From the IMG/VR virus record IMGVR_UViG_3300036802_000049, positions 1-27,612 of that record: 27,612 nt of DNA. The stretch is one strand, 5' to 3'. A program made the position numbers and the translations under genes. This document shows, in pieces, positions 1 through 8,566 of the stretch. The notes beneath the pieces are model-generated. The model worked only from the letters and a program-made list of their open reading frames with translations. It was not told the DNA's origin and made no database searches. The stretch comes from a virus. Lineage: Duplodnaviria > Caudoviricetes. Positions within the stretch are counted from its first letter, which is position 1. Each line of letters opens with the position of its first letter.

Positions 1-251
1 CAAGCGAAGACGATTTAAATCAATTTTTAGGAGCTGAACTAAAGGAGATAAACCTTACAGATACGGCTTTAAATCAACAGGAATTCGAAGAAAGTGGCTA
101 TTATGATGATGGCGGCGGAATACAGTTTGTTGACTTTGTTACTGATAAAGGTGTTTTTCAATTAGCTGTTTATAATGCACATAATGGTTATTACGGACAC
201 GGGATATTAGTCGCGAAAGATAACGAAATACTTCTAAACGAAACACTGTAG
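1..251 (+). CDS. Hypothetical phage protein, 5'-partial (…FQLAVYNAHNGYYGHGILVAKDNEILLNETL*)
   Basis: Frame 3 open from the window start to TAG at 249-251; translated by hand. Confidence 0.75.
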   Translation, partial: SEDDLNQFLGAELKEINLTDTALNQQEFEESGYYDDGGGIQFVDFVTDKGVFQLAVYNAHNGYYGHGILVAKDNEILLNETL

Positions 252-281
252 TTATATGAAGCACATAAAACAGGTGATCTT

Positions 282-2720
282 ATGAGTATGCAATATGACA
301 GACAAATAGTAATATCCGCAGCTGGAAGTCGCAAGGCAACTCAGTGGCCAGCTCAAACTCTTTACTGGTCAGACATGGTGGAGCGTTTGCGGACGGCTGT
401 ACGCGGCACGGAAACATTAGACGAGTATCTTAAGATGCCAAAGTCTCAGCAAGCGGATTTAAAAGATGTCGGGGGCTTTGTAGGGGGCACGCTAGCAGGC
501 AGTCGTCGTAAGGCATCCAGCGTCATTGGCAGGGACCTGATTACCCTTGACCTTGACAATATACCTGCAGGTGGCACCGCTGATGTGATACGCCGCCTTG
601 AAGGATTAGGGTGCGCCTATGCCTCCTACAGCACGCGAAAACACGAGGAAGGCAAGCCGCGTTTACGTGTGCTTGCCCCACTATCACGGACAGCAACGGC
701 GGACGAATATGAGCCATTGGCGCGGAAGTTAGCTTCAATCATAGGAATGTCCTTAGCGGATCCTACGACGTTTGAAGCGTCTCGATTGATGTACTGGCCA
801 AGCTGCTGCAGTGATAGTCAATATGTTTTCCAATTTGCGGACATGCCATTCTTAGACACAGATGGATTGCTTTCGATGTATGGGGATTGGCGGGACATAA
901 GCCAGTGGCCAGAGGTTCCAGGTGCTAGTCAAACTCATGTCAGGCTGGCGGCCAAGCAGGGTAACCCAACTGAAAAGCGCGGGGTCGTTGGGGCATTCTG
1001 CAGGCAATATGATATACATTCAGCTATTGATACTTTTTTGCCTGGCGTTTACACCGGTACCGATGATGGCAGCGGCCGTTATACCTTTGTCGGGGGTTCT
1101 ACGGTAGGCGGGGCGGTCATTTATGACGATGGGCTTTTTCTCTATTCTCACCATGCGACGGATCCCTGTAGCGGTCGATTAGTCAATGCTTTTGACCTGG
1201 TACGGCTGCATAAATACGGCGAGCTTGACGATGAGGCTAAGCCTGATACGCCAGTTAACAAGTTGCCATCATTTACACAAATGGCTGCCTTCGCTCTTAA
1301 TGATGCAGGAGTTGCCGCGATTATCAACCAGGAGCGCTATGAGCAGGCGGTAACCGCCATGCAGGATTTTGGCGAGCCAGATACACAAGTACAGGCAACG
1401 GAAGGGGATAATAGCTGGCGGCAAAAGCTGCAGTTCAATCCAAGTACCGGGCTTTATTCCAAAACAACGGACAATGTGCTGGTCATCTTAGAAAATGATC
1501 CCTTAATAAAGGGAAAGCTGGCTTTCGATGAATTTGCCAACAGAGGCCTTGTTCTTGGTCCGCTTCCATGGGATCCAAGCGCAGAGCGTAGGCAATGGAC
1601 CGATATCGATGACGCCGGTTTAAGACATTTCCTTGAACGGGCATACAATATTACAGGTAAAGAGAAGATTCTGGACGCTGTTGCTCTGTGCGCCCACAAG
1701 CACACTTTTAATGATGTTAGGGAGTATTTATCAGGATTAAAATGGGACGGGATTAAACGGCTTGATACAGCCTTCATCGATTACCTTGGTGCGGTAGATT
1801 CCGTATATTCGCGTGCAGTTACGAGAAAATCTATCGTCGCTATGATCGCAAGGGCAATGGTTCCCGGATGCAAATACGATTACATGCCAATCTTAGCCGG
1901 TCCGCAGGGGCTGGGAAAAAGTACATTTTTTAGTATTCTTGGCCATCGCTGGTACAGTGATTCACTGCAGACTTTTGAAGGGAAAGAAGCAAGCGAGATG
2001 ATCCAGGGCGTTTGGTTGAATGAAATAGGCGAATTAACAGGGATGACAAAGTCAGAGACCAACGCTATTAAGCAGTTTTTAAGTCGTCGGGAAGATATCT
2101 ATCGAGAGCCGTTTGGCAGAAGGACAAAAGCTTTTCCGCGGCGATGCGTGTTTTTTGGGACGACCAATGATAGTGAGTTTTTGAAGGATAAGACCGGTAA
2201 CCGCCGATTTTGGCCGGTTGATGTCGGGATCCTGGAGCCCTCTAAAAGTGTATTTAATCAGTTAGAGGATGAAGCGCCGCAGATTTTAGCGGAGGCGTTT
2301 GTTTATTGGCAGTTAGGAGAACCTTTATATTTATCCGGAGATGCAGCGGAAGCGGCAAAAGTAGTGCAGGAAAGTCACCAAGAGAGTAATCCTAAAGAGG
2401 GTATTATCCGCGAATTTTTGGAACGACGTGTACCGATAGGGTGGGAAAAAAGAGATGTAGGTGAACGACGTCTATATTGGTCGGGCGAGTTCGGGAAGGT
2501 AGAAACAGAGACAGTGGAACGGGATCGTGTGTGTGCAGCTGAAATATGGGTTGAATGTTTTAGCACAGATATTAAGTACATGAAACGATCTGATGCTTTA
2601 GAAATTAACGGGATTCTTTCGTGCTTACCAGGATGGACAAAACACAATTCCAACATGAGATTCGGTTGTTACGGTAGGCAAAAAGGGTTTATAAAAGCGT
2701 CAACTTTCTCTGTCAACTAA
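282..2720 (+). CDS. Phage primase-helicase, VapE/VirE-type P-loop ATPase with N-terminal primase-like region
   Basis: 812 aa; Walker A GPQGLGKS, Walker B WLNEIGEL, FFGTTN and TGNRRFWPV motifs typical of VapE; N-terminal LDLD and YSTRKH primase-like motifs. Confidence 0.9.
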   Translation: MSMQYDRQIVISAAGSRKATQWPAQTLYWSDMVERLRTAVRGTETLDEYLKMPKSQQADLKDVGGFVGGTLAGSRRKASSVIGRDLITLDLDNIPAGGTADVIRRLEGLGCAYASYSTRKHEEGKPRLRVLAPLSRTATADEYEPLARKLASIIGMSLADPTTFEASRLMYWPSCCSDSQYVFQFADMPFLDTDGLLSMYGDWRDISQWPEVPGASQTHVRLAAKQGNPTEKRGVVGAFCRQYDIHSAIDTFLPGVYTGTDDGSGRYTFVGGSTVGGAVIYDDGLFLYSHHATDPCSGRLVNAFDLVRLHKYGELDDEAKPDTPVNKLPSFTQMAAFALNDAGVAAIINQERYEQAVTAMQDFGEPDTQVQATEGDNSWRQKLQFNPSTGLYSKTTDNVLVILENDPLIKGKLAFDEFANRGLVLGPLPWDPSAERRQWTDIDDAGLRHFLERAYNITGKEKILDAVALCAHKHTFNDVREYLSGLKWDGIKRLDTAFIDYLGAVDSVYSRAVTRKSIVAMIARAMVPGCKYDYMPILAGPQGLGKSTFFSILGHRWYSDSLQTFEGKEASEMIQGVWLNEIGELTGMTKSETNAIKQFLSRREDIYREPFGRRTKAFPRRCVFFGTTNDSEFLKDKTGNRRFWPVDVGILEPSKSVFNQLEDEAPQILAEAFVYWQLGEPLYLSGDAAEAAKVVQESHQESNPKEGIIREFLERRVPIGWEKRDVGERRLYWSGEFGKVETETVERDRVCAAEIWVECFSTDIKYMKRSDALEINGILSCLPGWTKHNSNMRFGCYGRQKGFIKASTFSVN

Positions 2721-2955
2721 CTATTTTTTGTCAACTTTCTCTGTCAACCGTGTCAACTTTAAAAATATAGAAAGTTGACAAGAAAGTTGACGCTTAAACC
2801 GTTCATATAACTGTATCTATTATATATGTCAACTATGTCAACTTTAAAAGTATATATAAATAAATAATAAAGAGATTAGGCATATACGTAATTACCTAGC
2901 ACGCCTAATACGCCTAATAATATACGTATAAGAGAAAAACGTTGAATAAGTTGAC
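2695..2955. repeat. Iteron cluster, putative phage replication origin
   Basis: GTCAAC at 2699, 2712, 2730, 2743, 2752, 2828, 2837; inverted GTTGAC at 2774, 2786, 2950; AT-rich tract at about 2845-2870; directly after the primase-helicase. Confidence 0.75.
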
Positions 2956-2974
2956 AAGCCTAGGAGGTTTGAAA

Positions 2975-3259
2975 ATGCGAGAACGAGACATCGAAACCTA
3001 TTTACGAGATAGGGTTAAAAAAGCGGGCGGAAAGGCTTATAAGTTTGAATCACCTGGAAATGACGGTGTGCCTGACCGTTTGGTTCTTTTTCCAGGTAAC
3101 CGAATCTACTTCATCGAATTAAAAGCACCGGGTAAAAAGCCGAGGCCTTTACAAGTAAAACAAATGCGAGACATATCGGCATTCGGATGCGACGTTCGAG
3201 TGATTGACAGCAAAGCAGGGGTAGATGAGTTTATTGCAAGGGTAGGTGATGCCAAATGA
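2975..3259 (+). CDS. VRR-NUC domain nuclease
   Basis: GGAGG RBS before ATG 2975; GVPDRLVL…FIELKAPG PD-(D/E)xK motif. Confidence 0.9.
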   Translation: MRERDIETYLRDRVKKAGGKAYKFESPGNDGVPDRLVLFPGNRIYFIELKAPGKKPRPLQVKQMRDISAFGCDVRVIDSKAGVDEFIARVGDAK

Positions 3260-4647
3260 AGTTCATACCTCATAGTTACCAACGATACTGTATTAACCGC
3301 GTTTTAGTTACACCAGCATTAGGGTTGCTGTTGGATATGGGCTTGGGTTGAGGAAAAACGGTTATCACCTTAACCGCAATCATGGACCTGAAATATAACC
3401 AATTTGCGGTAAATAAGATACTGGTCATCGCGCCTAAGAAAGTAGCAGAAAGCACCTGGGCAAGAGAAGCGAGTAAATGGGATCACCTGCAGCTATTAAG
3501 GATTTCCACCGTGCTTGGATCCGCAGCAAAAAGAATTAGAGCATTAAACACACCTGCAGATATCTACGTGATCAATCGTGAAAACGTACCGTGGTTGGTC
3601 GAGCATTACCGAAATGCATGGCCGTTTGACATGGTTATCGTGGATGAGTTTAGTAGTTTCAAAAATCATCAGGCTAAGAGGTTTAAATCATTATCCTGGG
3701 TACGGCCACACATCAAACGGATAGTAGGATTGACTGGTACACCAGCACCAAACGGATTGATAGATTTATGGGCACAGGTATATTTACTTGATAGCGGGGT
3801 GCGGTTAGGCAAGACTATCGGCGGTTTCCGAGAAAGATACTTTGAGCCTGACCAGCGTAACCGAGATCGAGTTTTCTCCTACGCACCAAAAGCAGGAGGA
3901 GAGGAAGCCATCCAGCAACTGATCGGAGATATATGCGTCAGCATGAAAGCAGAGGATTATCTGGAGCTTCCGGATATCACATACAATACGATTCCAGTTG
4001 TTCTGGATAGCAAAGCCCAAAAAGCTTATGAAAAGCTGGAAAAGGAAATGTTACTGCAGGTGGATGAATCAACCATCGATGCTGGATCCGCAGCAGTCCT
4101 TACAAACAAGTTACTACAGCTGTGCAATGGAGCCGTGTATGACGAAAATCGAAACATTGTCGAGATACACGATTGCAAGATTGAAGCATTTATGGAACTT
4201 GTCGAGGGGTTGAATGGTAAGCCAGCATTAGTCTTTTATAACTTTCAGCACGATAAGCAGCGGATCAAGAAAGCCTTGGATAAATCAGGACTACGGATAA
4301 GAGAATTGAAAACTCCGCAGGACGAAACGGACTGGAATGCCCGACAGATTGACATCCTATTAGCACATCCGGCGTCAGCAGCGTATGGATTAAACTTGCA
4401 GCAAGGTGGAAATCATGTAATCTGGTTTGGGCTTAATTGGAGCCTTGAGCTATACCAGCAAGCCAACAAGCGGTTGCATAGGCAAGGTCAAATAGAAAAA
4501 GTCATCATCCACCATCTAACCGTAGACGGTGGGGTAGACGAGGATGTCGTGGCAGCATTAGCAAATAAGACAAGCACGCAAGACCAGCTGATGTTCGCAT
4601 TAAAAGCAAGAATTGAAAAGGTTCAGAAAGATGGTGAGCACACATGA
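3256..4647 (+). CDS. SNF2-family helicase with in-frame TGA (3349-3351) inside motif I; recoded gene or pseudogene
   Basis: ATG 3256 (ATGA overlap with VRR-NUC) is in frame with ORF 3382-4647 and reads MKFIPHSYQ…LLLDMGLG*GKTVITL. Downstream VDEFS (motif II), GLTGTP, GLNLQ and QANKRLHRQGQ motifs are intact. Confidence 0.85.
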
Positions 4648-5174
4648 AATTAAACGAGAAACACTTAGAGGTTATTTCAAATGCCGCTGTGCAAGCTGCA
4701 ATGGATTATTTAGAAAATGACAAGCAAAAAAATCAAAGAGTGAAAAGAGATCGGCGTCTACGGAATACCAGACTTTTATTAAAAAATTACCGCATTTTTA
4801 AAATCCATGCAAGAGAATTAAAAATGGAGATTGGTTTGCTGAATGACGAGGCTTTCTTGGAGGATTTAGATTCGGATGAATTTGCAGTAGAAGCAATAAA
4901 GAAAAGCAAGGCAAGAACGATTATCATGATTACTTTTATTGATCAGATGCTGGAAGTTTTTCGTGTTCTTTCCGAGAAGTCTGATAAACCGGGAGATAAA
5001 AGACGGTACCAGGTCATATACTTGCTTTACATTGCAGATGAGAAACTTACGATTGAAAAGGTAGCGGAATGTCTCAATGTGGCTCCGAAAACGATTACCA
5101 GAGATATAAAAGATGCTGTGAAAACATTGTCAGCACTGATATTTGGCGTCGACGGCATACGAATTAATGATTAA
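4644..5174 (+). CDS. ArpU/RinA-like late transcription activator (sigma-70 region 4-like HTH)
   Basis: C-terminal HTH LTIEKVAECLNVAPKTITRDIKDA; position between replication and packaging modules. Confidence 0.75.
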   Translation: MKLNEKHLEVISNAAVQAAMDYLENDKQKNQRVKRDRRLRNTRLLLKNYRIFKIHARELKMEIGLLNDEAFLEDLDSDEFAVEAIKKSKARTIIMITFIDQMLEVFRVLSEKSDKPGDKRRYQVIYLLYIADEKLTIEKVAECLNVAPKTITRDIKDAVKTLSALIFGVDGIRIND

Positions 5175-5180
5175 TAAAAA

Positions 5181-5225
5181 TGTCCTAACAGTGTCCTTGC
5201 CATAGGGTATTTAAAATAATAAAAT
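5181..5225 (+). promoter_or_regulatory. Late promoter with tandem activator-binding repeats
   Basis: TGTCCT repeats at 5181 and 5192 (11-bp period) abutting TTGCCA(5197)-17 bp-TAAAAT(5220). Confidence 0.6.
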
Positions 5226-5254
5226 GATAGTGTGAAATAATTATAGATTTCTAA

Positions 5255-5287
5255 AAAAAGCATCCGTTATCTTAGCGGGTGCTTTTT
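5255..5287 (+). terminator. Intrinsic terminator-like hairpin
   Basis: AAAAAGCATCCGTTA-TCT-TAGCGGGTGCTTTTT. Confidence 0.6.
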
Positions 5288-5308
5288 ATATTGTCAGGAG
5301 GTATGGGC

Positions 5309-5551
5309 ATGAAATGTGATAAGTGTGTAGGGGCTGAGAAACGAACTGGCACTAAGACTTTCTGTCCGTTTCCTGCCTGCATAATAAAGCCGAGCATTAA
5401 AGACAACATCTTGAGAGCAATGGAATCGAGGATGGCAGCCTTGCAGGATCATATCGATCGTGATTACAATGGCGGAATGTCCGGTTACCTTGAAGCTTGG
5501 CGAGAGGTCAAGTACTGGAAAGAAGCTATTGAGCGCGGAGAGTTTGATTAA
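5309..5551 (+). CDS. Small Cys-rich hypothetical protein
   Basis: AGGAGG RBS before ATG 5309; CDKC…CPFPAC. Confidence 0.65.
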   Translation: MKCDKCVGAEKRTGTKTFCPFPACIIKPSIKDNILRAMESRMAALQDHIDRDYNGGMSGYLEAWREVKYWKEAIERGEFD

Positions 5552-5599
5552 TTTAATAATCGTAATCGCTTGGGAAAATAAAAAAGGAGTTGTTGTGAC

Positions 5600-5983
5600 A
5601 TGGCTGAAAAGCGCGAGTCAAACACAAAGTATGTATTGGAATGCGGAAGATGCAAAAGTGAATTACATGTATCAAAACAAAGAATGGTTGAAGGCAAGGA
5701 TTGTCCTTTTTGCAAAGGCCCTTTAATTCATAAGTATGTAAGTGGAGTTGATTACTCTTCTAGTAATGATGTTACTGTTTCCCAATTAAGAGTTGATATA
5801 GAAGTGTCAGATGCTTTAAAAGGTTTAAAGGCAGTAACCAGAGCAGCGAAGAAAGCAACTGCGGCATTGAATGAGTTAGAAGAGCAACAGAGTAAACTAT
5901 CAGGTATTTCAGTTACTTTCAGTAGAGAGTTGATCGAGGGCGAACCTGTTGATGGCTGGAAGACATTTGAATATGCCAAGTAA
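5600..5983 (+). CDS. Zn-ribbon plus coiled-coil hypothetical protein
   Basis: AAGGAG RBS; CGRC…CPFC followed by a helical segment. Confidence 0.7.
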   Translation: MAEKRESNTKYVLECGRCKSELHVSKQRMVEGKDCPFCKGPLIHKYVSGVDYSSSNDVTVSQLRVDIEVSDALKGLKAVTRAAKKATAALNELEEQQSKLSGISVTFSRELIEGEPVDGWKTFEYAK

Positions 5984-6335
5984 ACCCAAGAGGTTCTGCA
6001 AGAAAGCTGGATGTCCTAACGTATCTAGTGAACCATACTGTGCTGATCATAAGCACTTGGCAAGAACTTACGATGAACATCGTGGGACAGCTGCACAAAG
6101 AGGTTACGATAGCAAGTGGCGTAAGGCAAGACTTGGGTATCTCAAGAAGCATCCGCTTTGTGTACAGTGCGAATATGATGGTAAGCATATACCAGCTACT
6201 GTTGTTGACCACATCATACCGCATAAAGGTGATAAGGATTTGTTTTGGGATTCAAAGAATAACTGGCAGCCTTTATGCAAGAGGCACCATGATATCAAGA
6301 CAGTAAGAGAGGATGGAGGGTTTGGTAATAGATAA
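5973..6335 (+). CDS. HNH endonuclease (HK97 gp74-like terminase cofactor)
   Basis: HPLCVQC…VVDHIIPHKG…NNWQPLCKRHHDIKT; immediately upstream of terS. Confidence 0.92.
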   Translation: MPSKPKRFCKKAGCPNVSSEPYCADHKHLARTYDEHRGTAAQRGYDSKWRKARLGYLKKHPLCVQCEYDGKHIPATVVDHIIPHKGDKDLFWDSKNNWQPLCKRHHDIKTVREDGGFGNR

Positions 6336-6375
6336 ACCGTTTAATTGTGCTTGAAATATAAACAATTCCAACAAT

Positions 6376-6465
6376 TAGGGTAGGGGGTATAAAATCCTTC
6401 AGACCTTTTTGCACGGAGACCGCGTATCCACAACAACGCAGGATTTTTTCGCAAAATGAAATTTT
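6376..6465. other. Putative cos / packaging initiation region
   Basis: Non-coding gap between HNH and terS with a G-run (GGGTAGGGGG) and a GC-rich GACCGCG patch. This is the usual cos position in HNH-TerS phages; exact cut site not determinable. Confidence 0.5.
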
Positions 6466-6486
6466 TATGAAAGGAGGACCCGATTT

Positions 6487-6984
6487 ATGGCAGGAAGACC
6501 ATCAAAACCAGTTCAGTTGATCAAACTCGAAGGAAATAAGGATCGAAGGACAAAAGCAGAATTAGAACATCGAGAAAAATTTGAAAAGTCTCTTTACACA
6601 GGAACCAACTTTAAAGAGTCTACTGCTGTAAAATCGGATCCTGTTGCTCATAAAGAATTTTTAAAGTTAAAAAAGTTGTATAAGAAAATTCAGTACGTAG
6701 ATGGGCTAGACGAACAGATCATCAATCGATATTGCTTGCTGGTTAGCCAGGAAAATAATTTGCAGGAAATTATTAATGCAAAAAAGGACAAGGCAGTGAT
6801 GGATGATTTAATAGAGTGGTATAAGGCCATAAATAAGACAAGGGACTCACTTCTTAAGTTAGAGGATAGGCTATTTCTCAATCCGACTGCTAGGATAAAA
6901 GCAATCCCTAAAAAGCCCGAAAAAACCGAAACTAGTAAAATGTCGTCCTTTTTACAAAGACGCGGTGTAGGAAATGGCTCATGA
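6487..6984 (+). CDS. terS: Terminase small subunit (P27-like)
   Basis: MAGRPSKP start, LFLNPTARIK end motif, AGGAGG RBS, position. Confidence 0.85.
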   Translation: MAGRPSKPVQLIKLEGNKDRRTKAELEHREKFEKSLYTGTNFKESTAVKSDPVAHKEFLKLKKLYKKIQYVDGLDEQIINRYCLLVSQENNLQEIINAKKDKAVMDDLIEWYKAINKTRDSLLKLEDRLFLNPTARIKAIPKKPEKTETSKMSSFLQRRGVGNGS

Positions 6985-8554
6985 TCCTAATAGAGCGCTG
7001 GATGTTATCGAGTTTATCCAGCTGCTTAATCTTACAGATGACTTTTACGGGCAGCCTTTTGTGCTCCAGAAATGGCAGCATGACTTACTTTGGGATGTTT
7101 ATGGCACCGTAAACGATAGAGGCTATCGTCAGTACAGATACGCCTACCTTGAGATCCCTAAAAAAAACGCGAAGACAACAACTATTGCTGCACTGTCACT
7201 AAAACACTTGGTCTTAGATCCACCTGGTGGACAGATATATTGTTGTGCAGCTGACAAAGACCAAGCGAGTTTAACTTACAGAGCGGCCAAGCAGATGATT
7301 GAACAGGATGAGGACTTAGACAAGATATTAAAAGTTGTTGACTCTAAAAAAGAAATCATCAATACGGAAACAGGTACTTTTTTAAAAGTAATGTCTGCGG
7401 AAGCTTTTACAAAGCATGGTATTAACCCAACTGTCGTTATATTTGACGAATTACACGCTCAGCCGAATCGCGATCTCTGGGATGTTATGACATTCGGGTC
7501 AGGGGCTGCACGTAAAGAGCCTTTGTACTGGGTAATAACCACAGCAGGTGATGACCCCGACAGAAATTCAATTGGGTGGGAAGTCCATGAATACGCTCGA
7601 AAAGTACTCGAGGGGGAAATTGAAGATCCTTACTGGTATGTAAAAATGTATAATGCTCCTGAAAATGCTGATATTTTTGACGAGAAAATATGGTATGCAG
7701 CTAACCCATCGCTCGGTGTGACAATTGACATCGAATCAGTTCGCCAAGAAGCTATCGGAGCACGTAACGACCTGGCAAAAGAAAAGCTATTTAGATGGTT
7801 GCGCCTTAATCAGTGGGTATCGCTTAAATCTGTTGGGTGGCTGCCTCTCACTCTATGGGATACTACGGTGTCTAAGATTAAAAAGAGCGACCTAGTCGGT
7901 AAACGATGTTACCCAGGATTGGACTTATCATCAACTACAGACCTAACAGGTTTGACTTTGGTATTTCCACCGCAGGAAGGACTCGATAATTGGTATTTTT
8001 TCAGCGAAGGATGGATCCCCGAAGAAAAAATGAAGGAGAGAATCAAACGTGACAAGGTACCGTATGATCGTTGGGTAGACAAGGGATTTATGCATGCAAC
8101 ACCAGGCGATGTCATCGATTATGAGTTTGTCGAGGCGAGGATCTTACAGTACAACAAACAATATCAGTTTGAAATACTGGGAACGGATCCTTGGAATAGT
8201 CGAATGTTGACCCAAAGACTGATGAATCAGCAAATTGAAGTCCTGGAAATAGCTCAAACGATGGCTGGAATGTCTCCGGCAATGAAAGAAATAGAGAGAC
8301 TTTTGCGGATCGGTAGCAATGAAAACGGCACTGTCGGTATGGAACATGAAGAAAACCCAGCGGCAAGATGGTGTTTTGGTAATGTCAGTATTGCGGTCGA
8401 CGGTAATGAAAACATAAAACCAATGAAAAACAAGTCGATTGACCGCATTGACTTAACAGTTTCTCTCGTAAATGCGATGGCGGTCGCTGTTTTGAAGGAA
8501 CAAATCGATACAAAAACAGTTTATGAAAAACGCGGAATGCGATCTCTATCGTGA
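6974..8554 (+). CDS. terL: Terminase large subunit
   Basis: IPKKNAKTT Walker A variant, IFDELH Walker B, ITTAG, GLDLSSTTDLT nuclease motif, RIDLTVS. Confidence 0.95.
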   Translation: MAHDPNRALDVIEFIQLLNLTDDFYGQPFVLQKWQHDLLWDVYGTVNDRGYRQYRYAYLEIPKKNAKTTTIAALSLKHLVLDPPGGQIYCCAADKDQASLTYRAAKQMIEQDEDLDKILKVVDSKKEIINTETGTFLKVMSAEAFTKHGINPTVVIFDELHAQPNRDLWDVMTFGSGAARKEPLYWVITTAGDDPDRNSIGWEVHEYARKVLEGEIEDPYWYVKMYNAPENADIFDEKIWYAANPSLGVTIDIESVRQEAIGARNDLAKEKLFRWLRLNQWVSLKSVGWLPLTLWDTTVSKIKKSDLVGKRCYPGLDLSSTTDLTGLTLVFPPQEGLDNWYFFSEGWIPEEKMKERIKRDKVPYDRWVDKGFMHATPGDVIDYEFVEARILQYNKQYQFEILGTDPWNSRMLTQRLMNQQIEVLEIAQTMAGMSPAMKEIERLLRIGSNENGTVGMEHEENPAARWCFGNVSIAVDGNENIKPMKNKSIDRIDLTVSLVNAMAVAVLKEQIDTKTVYEKRGMRSLS

Positions 8555-8566
8555 GGAGGTGAGATA

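Noticed and set aside
2699-2955. Repeat cluster as a CRISPR array
   Set aside because: Repeats are 6-19 bp, irregularly spaced and in both orientations, with no spacers and no cas genes.
3349-3351. Selenocysteine or genome-wide UGA reassignment
   Set aside because: TGA terminates several genes here (e.g. 3259, 8554), and an inserted residue would leave motif I two residues too long.
3382-4647. 421-aa ORF as the complete helicase
   Set aside because: Lacks motif I and a good RBS; the N-terminus is in frame upstream of TGA 3349.
5460-5726. 88-aa alternative-frame ORF
   Set aside because: Overlaps two RBS-supported ORFs in other frames.
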